Notes: a model not told the origin generated them from the letters alone. Counted from the stretch's first letter, positions 27,707 to 39,127 are shown. The stretch: DNA of 64,000 nt from a virus (IMGVR_UViG_3300020048_000029:64001-128000), one strand, 5' to 3'. Numbers and translations are program-made.

Positions 27707-30048
27707 GTAATTACCAAGGCCCTAATGTGGCCGTTGAGCAGACCTTCAGCTCTGCGCCTGGCGCGGTTGCAGTAGAAGGTCTTCCGGCGGCTATCATTGG
27801 TACTTCTTATGAAGTTTTTGAAAATGATTCCGTTGGAGAAGTTGGATCTGCTTTCGACACAATTCTTAAATACAACACTGATAAAAAAGTGGTGTTCGAT
27901 AAGACTGTTGCCGGACAGCGTGTTCTTGACTTCTATGCACCAACAGTAGTAGTATCAACAAATGGTGCTCAGTACCCTGTTGACAATGCTACATTCTCTG
28001 CCACTGGAATCAGTATTCCTAAAAACCTGTCTTATGACATTAGCGGAACAGTACTGTCTGCATCAATGCCATACTTCGGAACAGACTCAGCTGTATCTAC
28101 AGTTGTAGGTGGAAAAGTTGTTCTTACTCAGAGTATTACTGGATACGAAATCTTTGCTGGTCTCGAAGTTATTCGCGACGGAGTATCGATTGGCCGTGTC
28201 AAAACAGTATCTACTGATGGATTGACAATCGAGCTTGAAACTGCTGCTACGAACGATGCGACTGCGAAGAAGATCGTTATCGGAGCAACAAGCACTGCAC
28301 CAACTGTTGCAAACACAATTTTGCTTAACTCTCCAATCTCGTCTGTAAAAACCGGTGATATCATGAAGTTCACTTCTAATATTTCTGGCGTAAATGTTGA
28401 ATACAAAGCTTCTGTGAAGCGCGTTTTCAACAACGGATATGCAATTGAGATCAACACAGAAGCATCTTACACTACAGACGTGTCTTACTTGGACATTTCA
28501 AAAGTGTTCGGATTCACTGCAAGCTGTGGCGGATCAACTGTTGTTATCACAAGCGTAAAAGCAGCTCGACTTGCAGGTTTCGCTAAATTCATCTCCAATG
28601 TTGCTTTCACAGCAGTTGTAGGCGAAAACAAGCTTACCGTAGCGGCTGGAACAGCATCTGTTGGCGACACTGTTAAAATCGGCACTTCTTACTTCAAAGT
28701 AATTGGTGTTAACCCGGCTAGAACAAACGTGTTTATCAGCGGAGTTGCTACAGCAACCACCGGAAATTATGATCACTTTAAAACCACGGTATCTTCTCAG
28801 ATCCGCGCTTCTTATCGTGCAATTAATGTTGGAGAAGTAGAGAACGTCCGTCGCATTACAGGTCTCAACGATGTTGAAAAGTACTTCGGTACAGTTTCTC
28901 CGTTCAACGAACTTGCATTCATGGCATCTCAGGCTCTCGCTGGTAACGGCGGCAAAGTTATTTATGCGTTCAACCTGTCTTCTGCAATTGCGACAATTTC
29001 TGCTGAATATACAAAAGCTCTCGCAGCTATGAAAATGTTCGATGTTTACTCGCATGCATTCGGGACCGACTTCTCGATCGCTTCATCTGTTCTGTCTTAT
29101 GTAAGTCAGCAGTCTGAATCATATCAGGCTCATGAGCGTATCGCTCGCTTAACATACGATCAGAAGAGTTTGTACGCTCTTGGGGAAGTAAACGGGACTT
29201 ACGCTTCCGGCGTTCTTACTATGGTTGCCCCTGCTGGAACTGACATTGACGATATCGTAATCCTGAAAGACTCTGCTGGTAAAACTCTTGCAACTACAAA
29301 AGTTGTCGGAACACCAGGAGCCACATCTGTTCAGGTTAAACCTGTCACGTTCACTGGATCAGTTGCTTCTGCTGAGTTCTCTATCGGAACAGCATTTGCA
29401 AAATCTCAGCGTGTAAAAGCTCTTGGAGCTCTTTCAAACAGACGTGCGAAGATTATCTGTCCAGGATACTTCACTGGTACAGTAAACGGTAAAGAGATGA
29501 CTCTTCCTCCATACTTCATCACAGCTTACTACGCTGGTCTTGATGATGGTCAGAAGCCTTCTCAGTCGTTTACCAACCTCGGTGTTGCTATCGGTTCAAT
29601 CACGAATATTTCACTTGCAACAGACACCTACTGGGATGTTGATTTGCTTGACGAGATCGGATCTGGCGGTATCGATATTATCGTTCAGGATGGGATTACC
29701 ACTACAAACGTAGTTAAATCTCGCCATGACCTTACAACCGATATGGAAGACGTTCTCACTCGTGAGTGGTCTATCACCAAGCAGGTTGACATTAGCGCAA
29801 AAACTCTTCGCGGAGTTGCTCGCAAGTTCATCGGTGTGTACAACATTACTCCTGAGCTTATCAAGAATCTTAAAGCTTCTTTGATAATTGCAGCAGGTGC
29901 TCTTGTTGATGGTAAAAACATTTCTGGGCTTACTATCGTTAGCATTAACCGCGACGAAAAAGTAGCTGACAAAATCGTTATTGGAGTAAAAGGAACGGTA
30001 TTCGTTGCTGGTAACTACTATGACATCACAATAAATGTGGGAGTATAA
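27703..30048 (+). CDS. Contractile tail sheath protein
   Basis: YQGPNVAVEQ N terminus, sheath-like C terminus (RHDLTTD...REWSITKQVD...YYDITINV), followed by tube gene. Confidence 0.8.
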   Translation: MSNYQGPNVAVEQTFSSAPGAVAVEGLPAAIIGTSYEVFENDSVGEVGSAFDTILKYNTDKKVVFDKTVAGQRVLDFYAPTVVVSTNGAQYPVDNATFSATGISIPKNLSYDISGTVLSASMPYFGTDSAVSTVVGGKVVLTQSITGYEIFAGLEVIRDGVSIGRVKTVSTDGLTIELETAATNDATAKKIVIGATSTAPTVANTILLNSPISSVKTGDIMKFTSNISGVNVEYKASVKRVFNNGYAIEINTEASYTTDVSYLDISKVFGFTASCGGSTVVITSVKAARLAGFAKFISNVAFTAVVGENKLTVAAGTASVGDTVKIGTSYFKVIGVNPARTNVFISGVATATTGNYDHFKTTVSSQIRASYRAINVGEVENVRRITGLNDVEKYFGTVSPFNELAFMASQALAGNGGKVIYAFNLSSAIATISAEYTKALAAMKMFDVYSHAFGTDFSIASSVLSYVSQQSESYQAHERIARLTYDQKSLYALGEVNGTYASGVLTMVAPAGTDIDDIVILKDSAGKTLATTKVVGTPGATSVQVKPVTFTGSVASAEFSIGTAFAKSQRVKALGALSNRRAKIICPGYFTGTVNGKEMTLPPYFITAYYAGLDDGQKPSQSFTNLGVAIGSITNISLATDTYWDVDLLDEIGSGGIDIIVQDGITTTNVVKSRHDLTTDMEDVLTREWSITKQVDISAKTLRGVARKFIGVYNITPELIKNLKASLIIAAGALVDGKNISGLTIVSINRDEKVADKIVIGVKGTVFVAGNYYDITINVGV

Positions 30049-30050
30049 TA

Positions 30051-30737
30051 ATGGCTGAAACTACTAGCATTTCAGGATGGGATTGGGATACCAATCACGT
30101 CAATACTACAGCAACAGCAACAGGTGGGACGTTCAAGCCTGAAGACTTTGTTGAAGCTGGGACTGTACTGATTCTTGCAGGCCCTTCTAAGCTTGCAGAA
30201 AATGACGTAGCAATTAAAACAACACAGCTTATCCCAATTGGTCTTGTTGACCAGTTCTCTGTTTCACAACAGAAGAACATTCAGCAGATCTTTGAGATTG
30301 GGTCTAAGTTGAACTACGTTGTGCCTGGTCGTACAGTTGGCCAGATTCAGATTGCAAGAGCATTCTTTGACGGAGCTTCTCTCATGAAGGCTCTAACAGC
30401 TCAAAGAGGCGGGACAGAAAACCCTTCAGCTGCAAATGCTGCAGGAGGAGGTTTGTACTCTATTACTGACAACTTCACTAAAGCAGACGTGGCTCAGGTT
30501 GGTTCAGGTAATTTCTATGCAAACCTTGCTTCTTCTTTCTTTGATATCTCTCATGGGATTTGTCTCATGTTCAGAGATCAGAAGAAGGATAACGTTGCAA
30601 TGTTGTACTTCGAAGACTGTCTGATCTCAGCACACAACTTCGGCATTAGTGCTCAGCAGAATATTATTCAAGAAGCGTGTTCAATCACGTACTCTCGAAT
30701 CGTACCTGTTGCAGTTGCGGCGACTGCGCTTAAGTAA
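30051..30737 (+). CDS. Tail tube protein
   Basis: PIGLVDQFSVSQQKNIQQIFEIGS..YVVPG; follows sheath. Confidence 0.75.
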   Translation: MAETTSISGWDWDTNHVNTTATATGGTFKPEDFVEAGTVLILAGPSKLAENDVAIKTTQLIPIGLVDQFSVSQQKNIQQIFEIGSKLNYVVPGRTVGQIQIARAFFDGASLMKALTAQRGGTENPSAANAAGGGLYSITDNFTKADVAQVGSGNFYANLASSFFDISHGICLMFRDQKKDNVAMLYFEDCLISAHNFGISAQQNIIQEACSITYSRIVPVAVAATALK

Positions 30738-30743
30738 ATAGCT

Positions 30744-30782
30744 AAAAAAATGGGAGTAGATTAATCTACTCCCATCACTTTT
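30744..30782. terminator. Bidirectional terminator at the late/early convergence
   Basis: A7-TGGGAGTAGATT/AATCTACTCCCA-TCACTTTT. Confidence 0.65.
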
Positions 30783-30870
30783 GCTTTGAACGCCGGATCT
30801 CCGGCGTTTTTTATTGCATTGAAGTTGCCTACGAGATTTATGAACTTGTCATAAAAATCCTCGTGAACTT

Positions 30871-31389
30871 CTACTGTAACCACTCTCCGTCTACCATGGA
30901 CGCGATCTTCTTCCCGTGGTGTACCACCGTCGGATTCCCTTCCAGGATTTTGCATAGCTTCATCCCCCCTCCAGGAGTTATCGCGAGATACTTCCCGTCG
31001 GTGAACCGCGCTTTGACCGACTCAAGGTTGTGAGCGGTGTTATCATTGACAGGAGTGTAGTTCCCGTCAATTTCTACAGCGAAACCAGACAAGTTCATTC
31101 CAGTATCGATTACCGCTTTTTGCGGAAGTCTTGGACCTCTTTGCGACCCCGTCGAAAGAACCCCGCCGAAGTTTCCGCCGACTTCGTCTTCGTGATCTCT
31201 TGTTCTTTGGACATAGACCGACTCTGAAACTTCCAGATCAGCTCCGCCGTAGCCGAGATCGCTAAGATCACTGTCGTTACCATCTTTATTGCGTTCAACC
31301 GCTGCTCCTTCAGTTTTGAGTTCTTCAAGAACTCCCATTTCTTCATAATTCATAATTTCTCCGTATCTTCGTGCAATCAAGACCTTCAA
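30871..31389 (-). CDS. Hypothetical protein
   Basis: ORF; likely start MNYEEM. Confidence 0.5.
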   Translation of the reverse strand: MKVLIARRYGEIMNYEEMGVLEELKTEGAAVERNKDGNDSDLSDLGYGGADLEVSESVYVQRTRDHEDEVGGNFGGVLSTGSQRGPRLPQKAVIDTGMNLSGFAVEIDGNYTPVNDNTAHNLESVKARFTDGKYLAITPGGGMKLCKILEGNPTVVHHGKKIASMVDGEWLQ

Positions 31390-31969
31390 TTTTGAGGGAC
31401 TTGTTCACGGTATTGTTAAGGGTAATTGACGCAACAATATCAGATAATGAGTTGTGCGCTTCGATAGGGATTCCGTAGTGTTTGCACACTGTTCCAAGTT
31501 GCAAGTTCTCGATGTCCTGCGGGATCACTCCAGCGGCCCAAAGATACTTTACAGGAGCAAAGATATCAAGGTCGTATGTTTTAACATAAGCCCCAGATCC
31601 ATACCCAGTAAGTCTGTGGAACCAATTCCATAAAACATCTTTATCAAACCCGCTGTTGTAACCCATCGGGATGAAGAACTGGTCTTTCTTGAACTTTGAC
31701 ACATACTTCCCAAGCATAGGGACGAGATGGTCGTTAAGCACTTCCAAAGGGTCAGGCCAAGTAAGACACTCGTCCTTGTTGATTCCTGTAACTTCAAAAG
31801 CCTTGTCATTCATTGAGCATCCTTCGTGAGGTCTCATTCTGAAGTCAAAGAACTCTTGTATCACTTTATCAATTACGATTGCTCCGGATATTGTGAGAAG
31901 ACCACAAGTCGCAGCATTTGAATCTGTTGTTTCCGTGTCAAACGGAAGAATTCTGCTCGGCATTTGCAT
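31343..31969 (-). CDS. DEDDh 3'-5' exonuclease (DnaQ-like)
   Basis: FDTETT, GYNSGFD, HNSLSD motifs. Confidence 0.85.
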   Translation of the reverse strand: MQMPSRILPFDTETTDSNAATCGLLTISGAIVIDKVIQEFFDFRMRPHEGCSMNDKAFEVTGINKDECLTWPDPLEVLNDHLVPMLGKYVSKFKKDQFFIPMGYNSGFDKDVLWNWFHRLTGYGSGAYVKTYDLDIFAPVKYLWAAGVIPQDIENLQLGTVCKHYGIPIEAHNSLSDIVASITLNNTVNKSLKIEGLDCTKIRRNYEL

Positions 31970-32219
31970 ACTCCATGAGTATCTCAGCGTGACACTTTAC
32001 AGGGGCGCAATAACAGACAAGGTCTTTACCCTTGAGCTCTTTTATCGCAGCCTCTTTCAAGCTGTCGTTAGCGTAGAAATACTCTTTAAATTTTTCGATA
32101 ACTTCAAGTCTGTCTCCGTCAACGCCTATTACAAAAGGGTTTCCGAACTTTGAAGGCCTAGCGACAAAAACGCAACCCTTTGGGATTGCGTCTCTTTTTG
32201 CATTGTAGATTTTATTTAT
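31938..32219 (-). CDS. DUF4326-like protein, apparent ATA start (missing from ORF track)
   Basis: Manual translation: INKIYNAKRDAIPKGCVFVARPSKFGNPFVIGVDGDRLEVIEKFKEY...LKGKDLVCYCAPVKCHAEILMEYAN. Confidence 0.7.
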   Translation of the reverse strand: MNKIYNAKRDAIPKGCVFVARPSKFGNPFVIGVDGDRLEVIEKFKEYFYANDSLKEAAIKELKGKDLVCYCAPVKCHAEILMEYANAEQNSSV

Positions 32220-32220
32220 G

Positions 32221-32589
32221 TTAACAACCTTTTACAAAATCGCCCTTCGGAAAGAGCCCTCGATTCTCAATCATACTTGTTGGCCCATTAACATCTTTTG
32301 GTTCAACATCTTTAATACTCGGGATCCGGTCAGAATTAATATTTGAATCGGCTTTGTTTCCCCATCCAACATCTTTGTCTTTCTGGTCTTTATCTGATAC
32401 AGGAACAATCTCTCTAGAACTGTCGATCAAATAGTTTACACTATCGATGACGCTGTCAATCTGAGACACTGATGTGTCAACAGAATCGACCACAATGGTA
32501 ATACTGTCGCCCACAGGAACTTTTCCAGTGGATTCGATCTTTGCGCAGCTTGCAATTAAAAGCAAGATGGCGAGAATAATAAATCTCAT
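32221..32589 (-). CDS. Putative lipoprotein
   Basis: MRFIILAILLLIASC lipobox. Confidence 0.65.
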   Translation of the reverse strand: MRFIILAILLLIASCAKIESTGKVPVGDSITIVVDSVDTSVSQIDSVIDSVNYLIDSSREIVPVSDKDQKDKDVGWGNKADSNINSDRIPSIKDVEPKDVNGPTSMIENRGLFPKGDFVKGC

Positions 32590-32976
32590 ACGGTAACCTT
32601 TCCGGCTATTTAGCCAATTACAATGCAAAACTAAAATATATGCGGAGCGCCACTCTTGCGTATGTTTTCCATTTGGCCCATACCGGGTAGCGGGTTTGCG
32701 CGTGGTGCGCTCCATAGTTGTTATTACATATTACTCACCGGTCTAACACCGGCTAACTTCAGCTCTCTGAAAACGGCTGTCTGATCTTCATCAGTTGCAT
32801 CGTCGAGGAGCTTCCACAAAGCATCGTACTTTGCAATCTCTCCGCCTTTGTCGATAAATGCTCCGCTGTCATATCCTCTTCCTTCAAAGTAGAACATGCT
32901 GCTTTTGTCAAAGACGTTGTCGAACTTAATCGACACAATCTTATCTTCGAGCTTGATAGAGACTACGCTGTAGCCA

Positions 32977-33399
32977 TTACGTTCCTGTATGTCCAAAGCC
33001 ACCTTTGCGCTCCGTTTCATCAAGTGATTCAACCTTTTCAAAATCAGCTTGAACATATTCAGCGAACACAAACTGACCAATTCGTTCTCCGATATTTATG
33101 TGGAAATCTTTCTTTCCATGATTGATAAGGATTACGCCAACTTCATCTCTGTAGTCGCTGTCAATTGTACCCGGGGTGTTCAGTACGGTGACACCGTGTT
33201 TTGCAGCAAGTCCAGAGCGAGGTCTTACTTGAGCTTCATACCCTTCAGGGATTGCCATCATAAGACCTGTTTTAAGGACTTTTGACTCACCAGGGATGAG
33301 ATTGTATTCCTCGGCTGAACAAATGTCGCACCCTGCGCTCCCAGGAGTCTGGTAGTGCGGAATCATGTCTCCGATAATGAGAACTTTAATTTTTTCCAA
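32977..33399 (-). CDS. dut: Trimeric dUTPase
   Basis: SAGCD, RPRSGLA, GTIDSDYR, RIGQ, RKGGFGHTG motifs. Confidence 0.95.
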   Translation of the reverse strand: MEKIKVLIIGDMIPHYQTPGSAGCDICSAEEYNLIPGESKVLKTGLMMAIPEGYEAQVRPRSGLAAKHGVTVLNTPGTIDSDYRDEVGVILINHGKKDFHINIGERIGQFVFAEYVQADFEKVESLDETERKGGFGHTGT

Positions 33400-35957
33400 A
33401 ATTGAACCACTTCTTTCTTTTGATCTTTGTTCCAGCGATATTTGACGCAGCCTCATGGTACCAACCAATGTAATCACCTTTGATAACATGGAACGGATAC
33501 TCACCTTCGTTTAACAGGAGAATGTCAAACTCGTTAGTGTCAATAATACTGACTCTTCTGTTTCTAAGATGGACTTCAACCTCTTCAACTCTAGGATGGG
33601 TTAGCTCAACCCACTCAAAATCTCCAGGCTTGATTTCAACCGAGTTATCGGCTCTTACTAATTGCATAAACACCTCCTTCTTTCATTAGCGGAAAATAGC
33701 TTTCAGGCCCTGGTAATTCAAGCGCTTTTTTTTACATCGTATTTTGACGCATACTTAACACCTGAATGAGCACGCTTTTTATTGACAGCTCTCATTATGT
33801 CTGGATCTTTAATCACAGAGAGAGTACCGAATTTTCCGTACAATCCATTAGTCTCAAGCATCACCTCCTTTCCATCTATCATTCCAAAGCAAGCTTTCAC
33901 TGTAAAGTGTGATTTGATTTCAACAATGAAAAGTGTGAAATCGGCATTCACACGCTTCACACTCTTGACCTTTAGTTTCCGCATTTTTCTCCAGTCTCTA
34001 CGTTGTAGTCGATATGTTCAAAATTGCCGCATCCAGGGCATTCTATGATTACAGTGGAAGTCTCTGAAGCAGGGTAATAGCCGTCCCAGTTGTCAAGCCG
34101 GCTCGATTCAACTGCCTCGTCAAATTCCTCTTCTATGTCGCGATCGCAATTGTGACAAGTTATCATTTTGTCCACCCGACAATGTCACCTCTTTTAAGAG
34201 GGGAGTTTGAAATAACTTTATACCCGTTCAAGAAGTCTGTGACGTTAGGCTCTAGCTCGATGCTATCAACATCAAACTTCGTCACAGCAAACACATTGTC
34301 TCCTTCTGATTTTATCACCCTCACACTTTTCTTTGTGAAAGACTTGACAGCTTTAGCTGACTCCTTAATGCTTCTGGCCAACTCATAATGCTGCTCTTCA
34401 ACCATTGCCTCTGATGCGTACTTTAAGTACCGCATCACCTTCTCATAGTCTGTATCTGAAATTACTATCTTTTTCACTTGAACACCTTCTTTAATTCTTC
34501 GTAGAAGTCTGGGTTCATTTTCATCGAACCAATCTTCCCTGTTTTCATGACTTCGATAAGGTACTTCTCCTTATCGGCCTTCTTTGAAAGCTCACTCTTG
34601 AGACAGTTCTTCCACCATCTGAAGTCGTAATGCCTTGAGTGAAGATTGAGGTCGTCAGTCAAGTCGGACACATTGATAGTGTAAGAGTTGCCATTTACGT
34701 TCTTTATCTTTGGATTCTGCCCGATCGAATCTATTGCATTTTCTACAATGGTGTCGATTCTTTCCGATAGTATCATCATCTGAGATTTAGACGTGCTTAT
34801 CTCAGCGAAAATTTCTTTCATTCCCATTTCCAAGAGCCCCTTTCGGTCCTATCCACTGCGAAGGATTTCCGCAGCATTCTTCAGCTTTTTCTCCTGACCC
34901 GCACTTGCACAGGTCAATACCCCACCCGTTAACACAGTGGTTACACTGGAACCACCTTCCAGAGAACATGTCGCTATTGATCATGTCAATTGTAAGCTCG
35001 CACCCTAACTTGGACTCAAACTCGCTCGTAGGCATTGATGCAGAAGTTCCATCTGTAAACGAGATTGTTACGGCGCCGCACTCGCAAATTCCGAGGTTGT
35101 CGATAAGATCTTCGGAAAGCTCAGCAAGACTTTTCGTATATGGTAGGACGGCATTTTGATTCGTCAATGTAACCACCTTCTATCAGGTATTTTTTGTATT
35201 CAGCGAAAGCTTTGTCACAAGAGTCTGACCATTCATCAACGCTAAAACTTTTAGGAATTAACCCTACTACAAAACGTCTGCTTCCGCCACCGTTTTTTAT
35301 ATCGCTACAATCTTTGCATTCGCCAGGGTAAAACGCGCTTTTTCTAACTTTGCATTTAGGACAAAGTTTCCCAATGTTCTTTTTTATGGTCACGCCTTTT
35401 ATACTCCTCCTTGTCATGGTACCGTCAATGCCTTCAAAAATATTTTCAACCCCTGTCCACTTACCCTTCCTAATAGATGTGCTGCACTTTTGACATGCGT
35501 TAAATGAGCTTCCTCTTTTTCCGCATGAAGGGCATTTGCACCTGTGATCTAAGCAATAGTCACCTGTATCTGTAGTTCTTTCACAGTCATCTACTGCGCA
35601 TTTTTTTATTATTGTTTTTGTATTAGATGCACACACACCTCTGTAGCGACTATTCCTTGAATGCTTTTCACAATGGAGGTTTCCTTTTAAGGAGTCTTCT
35701 CCGCACAGGCATTTCTTAGCAATAGCAAGATTGTATCTCTCCATGGTATTATCATCAAGAGACTCTACTCCTGCTTTAACACACGATATTATAAACATCC
35801 TCCTAGACCCTGTTAAAAAGTGAAAGTCAGGCACTGACAAGTCTTTCGATTTACAGTCGCAGTTAGCGCACAATACTTTACCTTTCGCAACTTCTCTACC
35901 ACAAGCCAAGCATCTCTTTTCCATCTTGCAATCCTTAAAAAAAAGGAAGAGTAGCAC
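33386..35957 (-). CDS. Cluster of small hypothetical genes (33386..33673, 33718..33984, 33972..34175, 34163..34477, 34474..34833, 34802..35176, 35121..35957), several Cys-rich
   Basis: Tightly packed or overlapping - strand ORFs with CxxC motifs. Confidence 0.5.
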
Positions 35958-35988
35958 TGGCGTGTTACGTACTCTTCCCGATTAATAA

Positions 35989-36219
35989 TTAACGACCGAT
36001 TCCGTTGAGAATCCTTGATGACGAAAGAGTCATCGCCCCGGCAGTTCTGCGCAGGATTTCAATTTTTTTCATCTCTTTGTCAGACATGTCAGTCGCCGTT
36101 TTGATAGACTCAGTAACTCTATCAGCACATAGGCGAAGGGCGTCACTGGCGATCATTCTGTCTTCCATAGCACGGAGCTCAATAGCTGAGTGTTGAGTCG
36201 GTTTCTTTTTAGCAGCCAT
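35989..36219 (-). CDS. Hypothetical protein
   Basis: Candidate promoter and terminator flank it. Confidence 0.55.
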   Translation of the reverse strand: MAAKKKPTQHSAIELRAMEDRMIASDALRLCADRVTESIKTATDMSDKEMKKIEILRRTAGAMTLSSSRILNGIGR

Positions 36220-36311
36220 TCCAAAATCCTTTTGTAGAAATTAAAAAAGCACCTGATCATTTAATCAGGTGCCATCAATATAGTTATAACATTTTTCACT
36301 GACGCATAACA

Positions 36312-36554
36312 CTATTCCTTAGCGATAACCTCGTTCTCGTGCAGGAATAAATATCCGGTATCTTTGAACTCTGTGCCAGAGTATCTGTCGAAGTAGATTT
36401 TATCGCCTTCAACGATATGCTTAACGTCTGGACCAACTCCAAGCACGATTGCATACTCTTCTCTTCTCACCAAGTTCTGAGGTATGATAAGAGCCGTCTT
36501 ACTCTTCTCATCAACCTGTTTAACCATCACCCTGTCACCAAGAGGCTTCATCAT
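36312..36554 (-). CDS. groES: Co-chaperonin GroES
   Basis: MKPLGDRVMVK...VLGVGP...GDKIYFDRYSGTE...LHENEVIA. Confidence 0.85.
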   Translation of the reverse strand: MMKPLGDRVMVKQVDEKSKTALIIPQNLVRREEYAIVLGVGPDVKHIVEGDKIYFDRYSGTEFKDTGYLFLHENEVIAKE

Positions 36555-36556
36555 TT

Positions 36557-37252
36557 TTACTCCTTGTAAGCAATTACATCTGGCAATTTTCCGCCTGAAA
36601 TATACTTGTCAACAAGGCTTTGTACGGTAGAAAGTGCGTTTGTGTCATTCCCGATCTCACCAATGAGAATTTCAGTTTCAACACGCATGATCACCTCGTC
36701 CATGTTATTAAGCTTTTTCTTGAGCTCGTTTATCTCGTTTCTGGCGTTATCGTACTTGTCTCTGTTGTCATACTTTCTTGCAATCACCTTGAGCTCTTCA
36801 TCGGAAAAGCCTACATCGAAAGTGAAACTCTGTGGTTTGATAAAGCTAATGTAGCCTGTTTTAAACGTGTAGTGCAACGCATACGAATAAGGAGCTTCGT
36901 CACCTACTCTTCTAACGCTGGCATCAATCACAGATGAAGGCGTTATTATGAAATCACTAGAGCTTCCATTACCAAACTCTGCTTCAAACTCATCTTCATC
37001 AATATCTTCAGGATCAATACTGTGAACATACTCTTGCAATGCAAGGTAAAATTTGTACGCAGCTCTGTTGCCAGCAAGAGCATCTGAACAGTACGACTCA
37101 GATATCTCATACACCCTTTTATGGAGAGTGTTAGCCTCACGATTCAGATCGTCCATGAAATTGTCAAGCTCTTTAATGCGGTCGTTGATTTGGATCTTCA
37201 TTAAATTGCGTGCCACTTTTACAGTTTTGCTAAGCATTGTTTCGTCTGACAT
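36557..37252 (-). CDS. Hypothetical coiled-coil protein
   Basis: 231-aa ORF with GGAG RBS. Confidence 0.55.
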   Translation of the reverse strand: MSDETMLSKTVKVARNLMKIQINDRIKELDNFMDDLNREANTLHKRVYEISESYCSDALAGNRAAYKFYLALQEYVHSIDPEDIDEDEFEAEFGNGSSSDFIITPSSVIDASVRRVGDEAPYSYALHYTFKTGYISFIKPQSFTFDVGFSDEELKVIARKYDNRDKYDNARNEINELKKKLNNMDEVIMRVETEILIGEIGNDTNALSTVQSLVDKYISGGKLPDVIAYKE

Positions 37253-37696
37253 TATTTACTCCAGTACACTTTTTAACATTTCAATTGTTCTATCAACTTT
37301 TCCAGTCTGCGCATAGAGGATGGCAGATCTAATCCGGCCCTCGACAGATACCTCTTCTCTTCCGGTGCCGTTGCACAGGTCGCACCCTTTTCCGGAACAT
37401 ATCGTGCAAGTCTCTACTCTAACTATCAACGAACCTCCCATTGACCGCTTTTCCGTAGAACACGATCCCACTGTCCGTGGCAAAATGATGTTTTCCACAC
37501 AGGTTGCACTCAGAAGAGTCTCCACCAGGTCTGCACACGGCTTCTCCTCCACAATCACAATGAGACACTATTACCGGAGATCCGTTAAGCGATTTTATTA
37601 AAAGTCCGCATTTACACCCGACAACATCAGTCAAAGGTGTTCCGCACCGAACGCAGTTTGCAAACTTCACCTTCTTCTTTTTCTTAAATGGCCACT

Positions 37697-38080
37697 TCAT
37701 CTTAACTCCAAATTCTCGAGAGAGTAGTCCCCTTCGACTTTAGTAATTACCTTCATTCCATACGGGATCTTTCCAACGAACGCCTCCCAGACAAGGTCTC
37801 GGATCTTCTTCGTCTTCTTCGTTTTTCCGTAGAATACTGACACGGTTCCGTATCGCTCATCGACAAGCTTTAAAGAACTTGTCTTGCCATCGTTGTCAAC
37901 CATGACAACGCCTTCTCTTGACACTGTGTACCGCTTCTCTGCATCGACAACCTGGCGAAGTGTCTCTTCAGGAAGGGTGACCGCTGTAGGCCACTTGAAA
38001 CCTTTTTTCTTCACGATAGCAATAGCGTCCCTGTAAGACTTCGCCTCAACATCGATCGTTGCTGATATTGTGTACTTCAT
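37697..38080 (-). CDS. Degenerate NUMOD4/HNH-like protein
   Basis: YTVSREG...LVWEAFVGKIP...YSLENLE; catalytic His not evident. Confidence 0.45.
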   Translation of the reverse strand: MKYTISATIDVEAKSYRDAIAIVKKKGFKWPTAVTLPEETLRQVVDAEKRYTVSREGVVMVDNDGKTSSLKLVDERYGTVSVFYGKTKKTKKIRDLVWEAFVGKIPYGMKVITKVEGDYSLENLELR

Positions 38081-38128
38081 AAATAGTCCTTAATGCCGTG
38101 CAAGAACAATTCCTGCACGGCGTATTAC

Positions 38129-39127
38129 TTAAGAGTCTTTGTAAACTTCTTCACTGTAGTTATTGGGCTTGTTTAGAGCACTACTTCTGTCTGTTATAAC
38201 AGAGTACCCTTTGCTGCATTTTACAATTCTTCCGTTGTTGATGTACTCAACCTTTTTATCGTAGCAGTGCGCAACGCGATGTCCGTCGCCACCGCCGTGC
38301 AGGTGAGTTCCTCCGCAGAACGGGCAGATGGTAGTTTCCGAATTGTCTGAAACGCGGTACAGAATTGGAAATCCTTCATCATCATAGTCGCAACGATTAC
38401 GGATTCTTTCCAGGCTTTGCGCCTTTGTTTTTCCGCCGCCAGCTTCCACAAGCACCTCAAGATCTTCAATGAGCTTATTTGAAACTTCTGAGGCAATCGG
38501 GCTTGCGAATGCACTCATAGAAGCAATATCAAGAGCTCTTCTAACGAACTCAATGAATTCTACGAGCTCATCCTTACTTCTGACCATTAACCCTGCATTT
38601 ACACCGCCGATTCTGAAAGCACCCATAGCAATCCTTGATTTGATCGCTCTAAAGATGAATGTGAATATTTCAGACTCATTTGCAACAACAGACCTGATAC
38701 TTTTCAAAGTATCAATAAATGCGTCGATCTCATTTTCATTAATGAGCTTATCCAGCGCATTTACCGCGACCTTCTCAGTAACAACTCCAGATAGAATTTC
38801 TCCTTCAAGAGCTTCGTACTCAGCTTTTGATCCGTTCACATAATCCATAATAACCTCCTCGTTATCATTTGAAACCTCAATACACAAATCTTCTTCTACC
38901 GGGATAGAGGTAATGAAATACCCAATCCGGTTTACCAAGTGGTACCCGCTGAATATGTAAGTACCATTATCACCATCTGCGTATGTCACTACGCACTTAG
39001 GATCTGCACTCAAAACATACTCAAGCTCTTCTCCGAACGTCTCGAACATAACGCCTTCAAAGCTTGCGTTGTTATCGATGTGGTTTTCAATCGGTTTGTA
39101 CACATCAAAAAATTCTTCAAATGTCAT
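38129..39127 (-). CDS. Hypothetical protein (possible two-module fusion)
   Basis: Internal GAGGAGG RBS before MDYVNG; C-terminal CPFCG..H.HG...H. Confidence 0.55.
   Translation of the reverse strand: MTFEEFFDVYKPIENHIDNNASFEGVMFETFGEELEYVLSADPKCVVTYADGDNGTYIFSGYHLVNRIGYFITSIPVEEDLCIEVSNDNEEVIMDYVNGSKAEYEALEGEILSGVVTEKVAVNALDKLINENEIDAFIDTLKSIRSVVANESEIFTFIFRAIKSRIAMGAFRIGGVNAGLMVRSKDELVEFIEFVRRALDIASMSAFASPIASEVSNKLIEDLEVLVEAGGGKTKAQSLERIRNRCDYDDEGFPILYRVSDNSETTICPFCGGTHLHGGGDGHRVAHCYDKKVEYINNGRIVKCSKGYSVITDRSSALNKPNNYSEEVYKDS

Noticed and set aside
32644-32714. tRNA (GGAGCGC...GCGCTCCA resembles an acceptor stem)
   Set aside because: No T-loop or D-loop consensus on either strand.
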